Shown here one piece after another: positions 50,166-62,537 of a stretch of 64,000 nt of DNA. The number at the start of each line of letters is the position of its first letter. Position 1 is the stretch's first letter. The stretch is from Octopus sinensis. Taxonomy: Eukaryota. Both the position numbers and the translations under genes were made by a program. Under the pieces are notes generated by a model. It did no database searches. It saw nothing but the letters and a program-made list of their open reading frames with translations, and had not been told where the DNA came from. Where the stretch lies: NCBI RefSeq assembly GCF_006345805.1, contig NC_043000.1, forward strand, positions 75,640,001 to 75,704,000. Direction: 5' to 3'.

Positions 50166-50417
50166 ATACGGAGGACAAATTATAAAGATAGAATAGCGCG
50201 TATTTTTATATCTTTTTTAATTATTATCTTCTGGTTGAAAGAACACTAATGATAACAAATAATAAAAATGTATGAGAGAGATAGAAATAGAAATGTAAGA
50301 AAGAGAAGGAGAGAGTGTGTGGCAAAAACGGAGGACAAAATATAAAGATAGAATAGCGCGTATTTTTATATCTTTTTTAATTATTATCTTCTGGTTGAAA
50401 GAACACTAATGATAATA
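50111..50417. repeat. ~160-bp tandem duplication
   Basis: 50111-50270 is repeated at 50271-50417. Confidence 0.9.
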
Positions 50418-51080
50418 AATAAATAATATCTTCCTTACCTTACCGGCTGAGAGAATACTTACGTGATTCCTTTTTATAAGAAAGGAAGATAGATAGATAA
50501 GATAGACCTTTTATATTCCTTAATCGTATTTTGTAAGCAAAAGGAATTAGAGTTCCGATTTCGTACATGCAAACAATTTAACGATACTTTCTATATTTTC
50601 CTAAGCGATTTGGTATTAAGCAGCAAATTTTTCAGAGGCTTTCAGAACACGCAGATATACGACATCAAAAACGAAAATATCCTTCTCAAAAATACTGTGT
50701 CTTGTTGATTCACGGACAAAGAATAAAATTCACTTCGATTTCGGGAAGTAACACACGTGCTTTTTAACACATGTATTCGCGAGGTATGTTTTAGTTGCAA
50801 ATACTATATCAAAAGCGAAAATATTCTTCTCAAATACAGTGACTTGTTGTACTCTCACTTATATTCGCTTTGCAGACAATTTCGCTTCTGATAACATCGA
50901 TCTCTGGAAGGACTTCTTTAATCTTTAGGAGAGACACGTTAACACACACTTGTAAGTTCAGCGCCATCTTGTATATTAAATTTTAAAACCATATTATATG
51001 TAAGCTCATACCGTTTCACTGATCCCATCAGTTGCTTTGTCCAATTCTATGTTTGGCCCCTAGTGGGTACTAAAGACATT

Positions 51081-52075
51081 TCGACTATATTTACAACTTT
51101 CTTTCTTTCACACCACATCAAAATCTCTCAGGAAGTTTCTTGATCTTCTTCTTGAAACGGATCCGCTGACCTGGTCGCACGAAGGTAACGAAATCTCTAG
51201 ATGGTACATTTAACGGTTTTTTTCTCAGTGTTGTTGAGATGAATTTGGTTCTTTATAGCATTGAAGATAACCTTAAGGACCAAGTTGTGCCTCCATGTAT
51301 ACCTGTTCAATGCTAACGAACAGTTGGAAAGAATATGTTTTAGTGTACCGACTTTTCCACATTTGCAGATGTCATTCTCTGAGACGTTCCATCTTACTAG
51401 ATTCGTAGGTAATGGCAAAACATCATAAGATGAACGAATCAGGAAACTCAGCCGAAATGTCGTCCACTTCCACATCTCATCCCAACTTATCTTCCTCTCA
51501 ACAACATGTTCTTCCCCTCTCGTCATCTGACCTTGATGAAAACATCGGATCAAATGAAGCTCTCTTCTCTCTGCTTCTCTTGTTTTGACGCTGTTGCTAA
51601 CAACAGATCTGCGTTCACTCCGCATCATGCTCGCAAACGGTCTGAACTGATCTGCACCAAAACCAAGTCCTTTCCGATGGTTCTGCGTTTCTCCCACCAT
51701 ATCTCTGTGTATAAGAGAAGACAAGATGTCGTCAGTCTCTGCTTCTGCTTTTCACTTCCTGGCTGTTTTCACCTCTGGTGGGTTACGCCTGATTTCCATA
51801 TCCTTCGATTCTCTCAGCATCATGACTGTCCGTATCTTCCCCAGCTTATATATTTCGACTATTGATGCTATTGGCAGCTGCAACGAACCTCTTTTACGAT
51901 AAAGAGCTGAACTGTTCAACATACGAGGTAGGCATAGCCACTTTCTAATGAAAACATTACATTTTTGTTCAATGATTTCAACTCGTGTCAATGCTACCTC
52001 GTATATTAAAAGTGGCCACGCAAGTCGCGGGTACAAGCCGAACTGCAAGCACCAAATTTTATAGTTACCAGGTAA
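51081..52075 (-). mobile_element. 5'-truncated HERO-clade (R2 group) non-LTR element
   Basis: YPRLAWPLLIYE...RKWLCLP, LSFLIRSSYDVLP.PTNL..W, CKCG...LKHILSNC, RYTWRHN, LMWCERKKVVNIVE. Confidence 0.85.
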
Positions 52076-52089
52076 CTTCGAATTATCAA

Positions 52090-52115
52090 TATATATATAT
52101 ATATATTATATATAT

Positions 52116-52202
<87 letters not shown>

Positions 52203-52215
52203 TGTGTGTGTGTGT
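52090..52215. repeat. (TA)n and (TG)n compound microsatellite
   Basis: Directly visible. Confidence 0.95.
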
Positions 52216-53125
52216 ACATATATTGGGGGAGAATTCACAAAAAACGCAAAAGACGAAGACAGATGGTGTAGACAACAAATAGATGTATTAGTTTAACACT
52301 CGGGAAGTGAAAAAGTCTTTAATGCTTCATGCCTACGCTCTTCCACAGAAAGGAACACAGAAAGAAACAAGGAGAGAAAATAAAGAATGTGTAGTGGCTA
52401 GCGATCTATCATGGCAAATGCCGGATAGAGGAGTCACACAGGAGAGCTAAGAAGAAGGGGAGATAACAAAGTAGTGGTGATCCGAAAACGAAGATGCGCG
52501 TGCCTGTGTATAAGAGAGCATGTATGTGCGTGTGGAAGAGGGCTGGTGACCTTGATGTGTGTGTGTGTATGTGTAGGTGTGTGGATGAGGGTGTGGGCTG
52601 GGAAGTTGTCAGTGCTAGTGCGTGTGTGGTGGTGTGATGTGGTGTTGTATGGTATGGTGGTATATGGTGTGGTAGTGTGTGGTGTGGTGTGGTGGTGTTG
52701 GGATGTGGGGGAAGCGAGAGTATGGAAAGCAAGGGTGAGGTGTGGGTTAGGCTGAGGGTGGGGTACAGGTAGGGTATGTGGGAGTGGGTGTAAGGGATGG
52801 GGTGGGAGTGGGATGGATGGAGAAGGTAGGGTTGGATTGTGTAGGGTGGGGTTACGAGGGAAGGGTGACGATGAAGGGAAAAGGTGGGTAGGAGTGAAGA
52901 GAAGAGAGGAGAGGTGGGTGGGAGGAAGTAGGTGTGAGAGGGAGAGAGGAGAGGGAAGGAGGGTTAGATGAAGAGGGGAGGAGAGTTGAGTCCATATGGC
53001 GCAAAAGAGTGCAGAGAGAAAATTAATCCCTGTTCACGGCGAAAACGGGAGTCCAGATGGCCCCGGTTCAAGGACAATCCGAATACAGACAGGTGTTGCA
53101 AAGAATGACCGGTAGAGCGGAAAAT
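52215..53125 (-). mobile_element. Penelope-like 3' remnant (GIY-YIG C-terminus and low-complexity UTR)
   Basis: Minus 53120-52985 translates to FRSTGHSLQHLSVFGLSLNRGHLDSRFRREQGLIFSLHSFAPYGLNS, a typical Penelope endonuclease C-terminus. Confidence 0.65.
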
Positions 53126-53867
53126 TTGAAATATAATTACATTTTAAATTAGATTCTAGCATTGTTGTGGAATAATAAACAAAGTGGTAACACCATAGAT
53201 TGTTATCTCTCCATTGAATCCTTTTAATTAGTCGTTCTAAACCTCTTAGAACTTCACTGGACTAATAATATCCATCTTTTGTCCATAGATAAGGGCATAC
53301 AAACCAGAACTTACTTAAACTGGTCCAATGTAATTTGCATAACAGTACATTCACTGGCAACACAGATTAAAATAATTAAATTCACAGTGCACTACACAAC
53401 GTTTTGGGATAATTCAAAATGTAAGGTACAATTTTCCTTTTAACAAACATACAATTTAGCCTTGATCTGAAAAGAAAAGGAAATGGTGTAATTTTAAACT
53501 ATTTCTGGGAACAGGGAAAATGGGATCGCTCTGACTAGTTTTTGTTCTTCTTAGATCTTCATCAGTGACAGAACTACCAAGATTGATAAATTTTGTTGAG
53601 TTTGGGCACACTCTCTATAGTTATAAGCAACTAATCTCACTATTCTTTCTGCAAGGAAGCTTTGAAAAGAGTAGAAATTAGTAAAATCAATTCCTTTATC
53701 TGTTCACACAGAAATAAAATCATGTGGTGTAACTACTTTTGTTTACTTTTCACAGCGAGGCCAAAATGGAATAACTTTTGTTTCAAATTATCGCAAAACA
53801 CATTTTAAGCTTAATGATTTCAATAGGAAGTAAGCGTTCATTTGTACCTGGAAGAGAGGTGCAGTAA

Positions 53868-54300
53868 TCTCTATATATATAAAACTGAGAATGTGTGTGT
53901 GTGTCTGTCTGTGTGTTTCCCTAAAACTTGAGAACTACACAACAAATTTCATTCAAATTTTACACATGCCTTACTTAGGGTCCGGGGAGTGTCATCGGCA
54001 AAATATTTTTTAAACTTTTTGCCTAGGGAGAGCCCACAGCAATATCATATCTTCTCCACTATGATTCCCTAAAACTTGAGAATTACACAACCAATTTCAT
54101 TCCAATTTTACACATGCCTTACTTAGGGTTCATGTAGTTTCATGGGCAAAAAAAATGTTCAACTTCTTGCCTAGGGTGAACCCATAGCAATATCATATCT
54201 TCTCCACTATTTCAGTATTACGTGTTAAAAGTGAAACAAAAACATTTCTCTATTTTATGTCAGATACTTTCACTTTAACAATAAAAATTAGAGATAATAA
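53868..54300 (+). mobile_element. Helitron/Helentron-associated repeat 5' part with internal ~145-bp duplication
   Basis: Starts tctatatatataaaactgagaatgtgtgtgtgtctgtc. 53919-54060 is repeated at 54066-54208. Confidence 0.45.
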
Positions 54301-54612
54301 TGATAATTGAATTATATGTAGTAAGTAATAATTAAAATCAAACTAAATTAAATCGTAACATAACAATAAAAGTAAAAATAGCAATTGGTATAAAATTGCA
54401 TCAATGACTTGAACTTGAATAAGTGGTTTCACATGAATGGGAATAAATTAAAAATAAAATTAGTGTGCAGGAATGGAATAGTCCGGATGGAGCTGTGCAC
54501 ATACACTTTACCACGGCTTTTACATTAGATTATCTGCTAATTAGCTAGCATTAAGTATCTATATTAAGTTTGGATGTATGTAATGTCTGTTTTCTCGAAC
54601 AGCCGCCTCTAC

Positions 54613-57600
54613 AGTTGTTGGTACGTGTCAATTTTTTTCCTTGTAAATATTGTTATTGTTACTGTGAATTATTGTTATTGTTTTTAAAAAGAACTTTTAT
54701 TTGCTTTCTTTGAAAGCTATTTGTTGAAATTATTGTTATCTTGTGGCTCTTTAAGCCAATTTTTGTGAAAGGCTTTTGAAGCCAATTTTGTGAAAGGCTT
54801 TTTTAAGCCAACTTGTTGTGGAAAAATGGAAATGCATACACCTTTCTCTTTCTTACCTGTGTCAGGTGAAGAAAGTAGTTCACCAGCAGTAACACCGAAA
54901 AAACAAAACGAAAAAACACCAGCAGTCTCACCGAAGAAATTCGCAGAGGTAGCTGGTAAAAAGGAAAAGAAGCTAAATACTGAAAAGAGTAATTTAGAAA
55001 AATATATGCACATGTTGAAAAAAGAAGGAACGGAAATTACAGTGGCTACAATAGAAGGAACGACCGACGCAGTAAACAGGAAAAGGATCATCTACAAGAC
55101 GTACAGCATAGTTAAAAAAATGATTCAAAGAATAGAGGGAAAAAAAGTGGAAAAATGCCTGAAACCAATTTGGCCCGAAATCACCTACATCAACCGTAGA
55201 AAAAGGTTCGGTACAGTGGAGGTAAGGTTTAAAACAGAATAAGCAGCGAAAAAGTACTCTTCGGAGACACTCAAAATAGAAGAGGTGGTTCTTCTTCCAA
55301 TATACATGGGAAGAAGAACATCAAAAATAAAAATAAACAACAGCCCCCTGAAGTGGATGCTACTTGTTTAGTGGCAGCAATAACATTAGGCCTGGATGAA
55401 AAAATAAATATTTCCAGGCCTCAGTGTAAGAGGAAGAGCATTGGAAGGGGCAATGCTTGACGATGGCAATTCAAGCGGAGGTAGCAACCTTAGAAGAAAT
55501 TCCAGAAGCTATAAATGTTGGCGGAGGCGAGAGACTGATAGTATACGTGGAAGGCAGAAAACCGAGACGCTTCAACTGCGGGTTGAAGGGGCACATCAGG
55601 GCCGAGTGCCAACCTAAAGAGAAGGAAAGAAAAGAAGAAACACCAGATGAAACAACACCAGAACCAACACCGAAAGAAACACCATCACCAACACCTAAAG
55701 ATGTTACATCACCAGCGACAGAAGAAAGTGAAGAGAAAGACAGAGAGGAGGGGTGGTCGACTACTTCTAAGAAAAAGAACAAAAAAAACACAGACCGCCC
55801 CTCCCAAATTGAATATAAAAAAGAAAAATGAACAAGAGAAAGACAATACGTACATGGCCATAAAGGCATCAAACAACAGACTAGTCGACCGTCTGGCGGT
55901 TATCCCAACTATCAAACGAGTTGAAAAAATTACATCGAAACACCTCCTTATCTACAAGATAAGCCGGAAGGATTACGGGTGGATTAAGTCCGAATTCTTC
56001 CACGACGTAGGCCCGCTAAGAATGGATTTTTCTCCATATATTTACGAGGGCCTACGTCCAAATACGCCACTAGCCCGGGAAAAAGAATAAGAGGATGAAG
56101 AAACGCCGAACCACTAATACTGAGGTAAGTAATGTCTAACATTCATGTTGGTTGTTTAAATGTGCGTGGCCTGAGATCAAGCTGGAAGCAGGGTCGCTTC
56201 CTTAATGATATCAGGTCGCGGAATTTGGATGTCATTGTTGCTACAGAAACCCGGTTAGAGGGGCCAAGAGATCTGCTCTCGCTGTTGAACGGCTACGAGA
56301 GTTTTTTCTCTCCAGGCAGTCCTACTGGCGGGAGTGGGGTGTTGGTACTATTAAAAAGAAACCGGGTTTTTGAGAAAAAGTTAATTTTTTTCAGATCCAG
56401 AAGGTAGGCTGGTCGTCATGGATTTGACGTTCAGTAACAGTAAAGTTAGCAGACTGGTTGCAATTTATGCACCCTCATCATCATCTGGGCAAAGTGAATA
56501 TTTTCGAGAGCTAGAGAAGTTTCTTAGTACTTCACATTCGTTAGTTGTGCTAGGAGACTACAACACAATTTATCAGGCGCGAGTAGATTTTGTTGGCTCG
56601 TGTACAGATAGAAAAGGTAACCCTGGCTTCTTGGAACTGCTAAGACGGTTTGAGCTAGCAGATCCTTATAGGTTGGAATTTCCGAACGCTCCATTGTGGA
56701 CATGGTCAAATAGCGACGGATCTTCCAGGTCTTGCATAGATAGAGTACTAATTAGAAAAGCAGATGGAGAAATAGCTAAGTGTCCACAGTTTTACCCGGT
56801 CAGCTACAGTGATCGCCTGTAAGCTTGACATAGATAAGGTATATAAGAGAGGCTCCGGTTATTGGAAACTTAATACGTCCCTTTTGGCGATTAAGGAATA
56901 CAGAGACCGGATTAGGACTTTGATTCAGAGGGCGCTATCTTGGTGCTGTCATTAATAATAAATGGTGGTATGCTCTCAAGCGAGCCATAAAATTCGAGTC
57001 TATTAGATATAGTATAGGATTAGTGGCTAGAGAGGCTAGGAGGGGATCAACTCTAGTTAAGGATTTAGAGGAAGCCATGAAAACTGGCTCTGCGCCTCAG
57101 GTGACGGCCAAGAGGCTGGCGTTAAACCAGCACCTCGAGGCCAAACACATGGGCTGCATTGTCAGGGCTAGGATCTGCGTAGTGGGTTGTGAGGGAATCA
57201 ACGCCGCAGGATGGGCCCGAGTGGTGGAGGCTCAACGTGGTAATGATGCTACAATTCGATCTTTGACGAACCAACAAGGTAGCTGGTAAAAAGGAAAAGA
57301 AGCTAAATACTGAAAAGAGTAATTTAGAAAAATATATGCACATTCGGCGTACATAGACGAACCCGAGGAGATGTGTGAGGCTTTTCAGGGGCACTTCGCT
57401 CAACTTTTCTGTGGGGGCGGCGGACCGGATAGTAGGAGGGACTTTACGGACCTCCCCGACGGGCTGCCGCGCCTATCGGGGCGAGACGTGGCGAGCTGTG
57501 AAGGGCCGATCACGCCTGAGGAGGTGGCTGAGGCTATGGCGGACTGCGGCGCAGGTAAGGCGCCAGGACTAGATGGTCTACCCTATGAGTTATATAAGAG

Positions 57601-59833
57601 TATGCCAGACTTGTTCGGGAACCTACTGGCGGAGGTCTACGCGAACTGGCAGCAGAACGGGTTTATTCCCAGATCTGTGCGCCGGGGAGTAGTGACGCTT
57701 GTCAGAAGGCCCCGGACAAGGGGGATTGTATTGATAATGTTCGGCCCATCACTCTGCTAAACACAGAGTTGAAGATTTTGGCCAAAGTGTTATCGAACAG
57801 ATTGGCGCGTGTCGTGGATGGTCTGATCGGGGAGGCACAGATATGTGCCGTTCCCGGCAGAACCATTCAGGATAATCTCTATCTTATGCGGTACACTTTA
57901 GAGGGGGTTAATAGTGATTCTGGCAATGGTGGGGCACTGGTCCATTTAGACCAATCTAAGGCTTTTGATAGGGTTGACCATCGCTACCTGGTGTCCGTCC
58001 TGCACAGTTCGGCCTGGGTCTTGGCTTCCTCAGGTGGATCATTCAGATTTACGACAACATCGACTCGGTAGTTCGGGTGAACGACTTCTTATCGAAGCCG
58101 TTCAACATCAAACGCTCGGTTCGTCAAGGGTGTCCGCTCTCCCCGCTTTTGTACGTGATGGCTCTTGAGCCATTACTGCGAAAATTGAGCGGCATCCCGA
58201 GACAGCCAGGTTGTGGAAAATCGGTGTCAGCTTACGCGGATGACATCACCATCATCGTAACCGAAATGGATCACCTACAGAGGGTAGGCAAGGTCATAGA
58301 GGTTTACGAGATGGTGGCAGGAGCAAAAGTTAATCGGGAAAAGTCAGTCGGCTTGCAGTTCGGCACCTGAAGAGGCAAGTCAATGCCTCCTGACAGCGTC
58401 GTGGGACGTTGGACGGAGGGTCCGATTAAGTTGCTAGGGGTTTGGTTTGGACCAGACCTCCAAATAGAGAAGAACTAGGCCGAGGTATCGAGCAGGGTGG
58501 CTGCAGTAGTCAAGACCTGGTCTTGGCGGTGGCTATCCCTGAAAGGAAGGGCGGAAGTAGCCAATGTGTTTATCGCATCGGTCATCACCTACCGCCTATC
58601 CGTCGTTCCTTGCCCTGATTCGTGGTTGATCAAGCTGGAAAGACAGCTCTTTCACTTTTTGTGGAGGGGTTTGAAACCGCTTGTGAAACGCTCTACTTGC
58701 TGTCAACAACCGTTAAAGGGTGAGCTAGGGATGCCTTGGCTGTTGATGTGCGCACATGCGCTGAGGTTGAGCATCTGTGGCTCTACCCGGATGGTGAACG
58801 GGTGTGGTCTCCGCTGGTGAAACGGATGTTTCCCAAGTTTACTAGTTTCGGTGGATGGGAAACCTGGTTGAATCGAAGATCAAAATTGGGCACATGGTTT
58901 ACGGAGTGTCGCAATGCTCTCCTGCTATTCCGTCGCTCGTGCAACGCCTGCAGTGGGGGTTCCACCACATTCTTCTATAGAGGGCTGGTAGAGGCGGAAT
59001 GTGACGATACTTTAGGGGAAACCCTAGGTCTCGATGATAATCAGCTGGCCAGTCTATTCCGACGTACATTCGGGCTGAAGACCCTGGACAACTTTCAGAA
59101 GTCTCTGGCATGGCAATATTACAGAGGGGCTCTACCTGTTCGGGACAAACTCGCAAGGCATGGTGGCCTAGGCAATCCGACATGTCCAAGATGCGAGCGG
59201 GATAGGGAAACCGTTCCGCATGCTATTGTTCAATGTTCGGAGGTGTCAGAGGTGTGGGTTTATGCTGAACAACTGTTGTCAAACACATGAAGAGTACAGC
59301 TGTCGACTGAGTCTATTGTAAAAATTGACTCACCGGATTTCCTCTCGAAAGAAGGTAAGAATTGTTTTCTCGTTGTAGTTGCAATTGCGAGAGAGGTGAT
59401 TTGGAAGACGAGGCTGAAAGGTATAGAGTCAGACAATTTCACTCTGGCCCTGGATTGATGAATTACTTCATCTTCCACCTGAAAAGGAAAATAGGGCTGG
59501 AGAGAAAATGCCTGACTGAGAAAGTGTTCGAAAAACGATGGAAGAATGTAGCACAGATGTCGCGTATGAATGGTACCACATAAATGTAGGACAGGATGAA
59601 ACCAAGGTATCAGTGGCGAGGCGGGGCTCGTGGGGTCCGAGCTAAACCCGCCCCCCACTCCATCCGTAATGTCTTCCGGTCTGTCCCATCATCCGATTTT
59701 CAATTTTATTGTGATTCGTAATTATGTGTTAAAACTTTTAAATTCATCATCTATGTAAAACCATTCGTAAATCTGACCCCAAATCAGATTGTGTTGTTCC
59801 CTCTTTGTTCGCCCCTTGTGGGTAATAAAAAAT
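54613..59833 (+). mobile_element. Full-length but decayed Tx1/L1-group LINE (ORF1, ORF2)
   Basis: ORF1 ~54820-56090 with knuckle FNCGLKGHIRAEC (first Cys lost). ORF2 from 56132 (MSNIHVGCLNVRGL, APGLDGLPYE, DQSKAFDRV, RQGCPLSP, YADD, CPRC...H...C). Imperfect 14-bp TSD at 54599-54612 and 59835-59848. Confidence 0.92.
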
Positions 59834-59848
59834 CACAACCGCTTCTAC

Positions 59849-60390
59849 TGAGTACTGCTGTTGGTTTATTTCTTATACATAAAGGACTATAGCTTCAACT
59901 GCGTACTGCTTTTTGATTCACCGTAAGGTTTGTTGTTATTATTATTACTGTTTAACTATTGTTATCACGTTTGTTGGTTCCTCGTAAGGGAAACGTTGTT
60001 GTGTTGCATTTGTTAAATAATTGTAAACCGTAACCCCCCCCCCTTTGGGAGAAGGAGCTTTGGTTATTGTTTAAAAATTGAACTGTGTCTCTGATTGGGG
60101 AAATTGACAATATTTTCACCGTTTATACAGAAGCATTTTTGTTAAAATGCCTTCGATAGAAGAAAGTCCAAAAATGAATTTCGTTGCAGGCGGGCGCGAA
60201 CTCATTAAAATTCGAACTCGACTCGAACCTTGCAAAGTGGAAATATTTTATTTTTACCTTTATATCTGGGACGTAGGATCCCGTCCGGATATAAAAATAA
60301 AAATGTTCCCCCCAGAAGTAGAGGTAGGCTGGATTATAGCCACACTTCTATACAAGAGGGAGGACAAGATACAATTGATCGAAATTGCAA
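59849..60390 (+). pseudogene. 5' UTR and internally deleted ORF1 fragment of another Tx1-related element
   Basis: IKIKMFPPEVEVGWIIATLLY aligns with VRIGSVPPEIDEAWLVAVVLF of the 308-1629 ORF1. Confidence 0.55.
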
Positions 60391-60525
60391 GAGACGGGCC
60401 ACAATTCCAGTCTGTATATATTTTGTGGTTGTTATCACTAGCGATATCAAGATATAACTTTGTATTTTATGTGTAGATGTATATATATAGATGTATATGT
60501 AATATGTACACACATATATACATGC

Positions 60526-60566
60526 ACTAGCACTATGACCCGGCAACGCCGGGTCATAGTGCTAGT
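60526..60566. other. Perfect 19-bp hairpin with 3-nt loop ending CTAGT (Helitron-type terminus)
   Basis: actagcactatgacccggc-aac-gccgggtcatagtgctagt. Confidence 0.6.
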
Positions 60567-62296
60567 ACAATAATAAACGAGATCCGCCGATTTGGTGTTA
60601 CAGTGGGTAACATGTCAACAAAGAACGATCACCTGTAGAGGACACACAGATACGCACTAATATAGCTACCATCCGGTAAAAGGGCAAACGTCAAACGACT
60701 CCGTACATCGCAATATGTGTAGAGTAAGTAGATGCTTGTGTGTATATGTGTACAACTGCGTATGTGTTTGCTGCGAATTGGGATACTTTTGATTTTGTTA
60801 CATTATATTTCATATTTTCTTTTTTGTTTGTAAATTCACATTGAATGTGAATTATAGAAACCTTTTGTTCTTATTTTGTTGCGAGACAGAAGCGATCAAA
60901 TATATTTAAAAAGTATATCGAATGAACCGGACATCATAATGGATAAGAAAAAAAAAATAAATAAATAAAATAAATCTAAAGCAGCTGAATTTCGTTTCGG
61001 TTCTTAAAGTTTCAAGTTGTATTTTAACAATAACTTTGAATCGGTCACATGACTCGACAAAATGGTAGGTAGTGTTGTTTGTGTTAGAAAGAGCTTGTTT
61101 TTTTCAACACATTCATCTCACTACTTTGTTCCCGGTTTTCTCTACTGTAGCAGAGACATGATTAGCCGAAAATGAGTGCCATAAAGGTTAAGGTAATTTA
61201 CTCAAGTCTTTATGATGCAGTTTATCACAGGGTAGCTTTGGTTACTTTTACCCGTGGGGACACCCACTTCGGGTGAATGTGTGTATCTGAATGTTTAACC
61301 ACTGCAGTCACGGGACTGCGAGTGGAATGTCTTTCATTCCTTCGTTATAGTGCTGGAAAATATTTTATCAAATACTATTCAACCTCACTTTAAACTTCCT
61401 ATTGAGATTTCTTTGGTATTGTCGATTCCTTCTGACAAATTTTACTTCTCAATTGGAATGGTTGGGTTGGACTTAAGCTGAATCTATTACTGACTTTGAT
61501 CAGATTTCCTTACCCCACCTCATTTCATGTCATTCCAAAATAATAACAAATATTACGATCAATCTGTTTGGTAAGAGAAATCTTATGCAAAAGGACAGTT
61601 AATGACTTATTCATCTTCCACATCAATTAGGAAATCCAAAGTATTTATTGTTATAAATTATAAGCGAAGGAATCTGCTAAAGCATGGAGAAATTAATTTA
61701 TTAATTGCTAGTTCTTTATTAGACTGACGTTCTTTAAATTCTTATGTCGTATTTCACCACTTTCCCCGATTTTCTGGAAATATTTTTCTAATGTATGTAT
61801 AGCTACCCACCACTACCAAAGGAGTGGTGTCTGAAGCATGGTTTTACATTTGACAATTAATAATACTCATTTTCTAATTTATCTTGAGTATAGCATGTTT
61901 TCATATTCCAGTTATTTATTCTTGTTTTCCTGTAAATAAATATGAAATGGAAGTGTTTTTCATTTATTTTTTTTCAGGATCTTTATAATATATGCAATTC
62001 AAATATTATATACACGTGTGTATTCAGCAGTATTCCGATTCAATATATTGTTCTTGGTTTATTATTATTTGAATTCCTTTATGTTTTTCAATTTTCTTTT
62101 AGTATTTTATCTGTTTTTCGTAGCTATAAATAAGATATTACAAATCGCAACATCCGGAAACAATTTAATAAGCGAAGAGAAGTTGTGTTATATGGTCATT
62201 CCAGGAATGGGGCGGGATGTGGTCGAGAAACATGGTTCGTCGTCGTGGTTATTATCTGATGACCTCGTGAGACTGAAAGCGACAGACTTTTGACAC

Positions 62297-62396
62297 NNNN
62301 NNNNNNNNNNNNNNNNNNNNNNNNNNNNNNNNNNNNNNNNNNNNNNNNNNNNNNNNNNNNNNNNNNNNNNNNNNNNNNNNNNNNNNNNNNNNNNNN
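62297..62396. other. Assembly gap (100 N)
   Basis: Run of n. Confidence 1.
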
Positions 62397-62537
62397 GTAT
62401 GTAGATATACACGTAATATCTATATATATACATACATGTGTATGTATATATATGTGAATGTATATAGGTATCTATAGGTTTATGCTTATAAATGTCTGTG
62501 TATATGCATGTATATATGCGTATATATGTGTGTATAT

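Noticed and set aside
49456-50178. 240-aa and 207-aa minus-strand ORFs
   Set aside because: They are Leu/Ser/Pro-rich products of the CT-rich low-complexity tract with no domain motifs.
52320-52375. Possible hammerhead in the Penelope-like UTR (minus strand)
   Set aside because: GAAAC is absent and the core is non-canonical in this copy.
62250-62296. ctgatga...gaaa motif and 91-aa ORF beside the gap
   Set aside because: Stems do not pair, the ORF has no recognisable motif, and the context is cut by the N gap.
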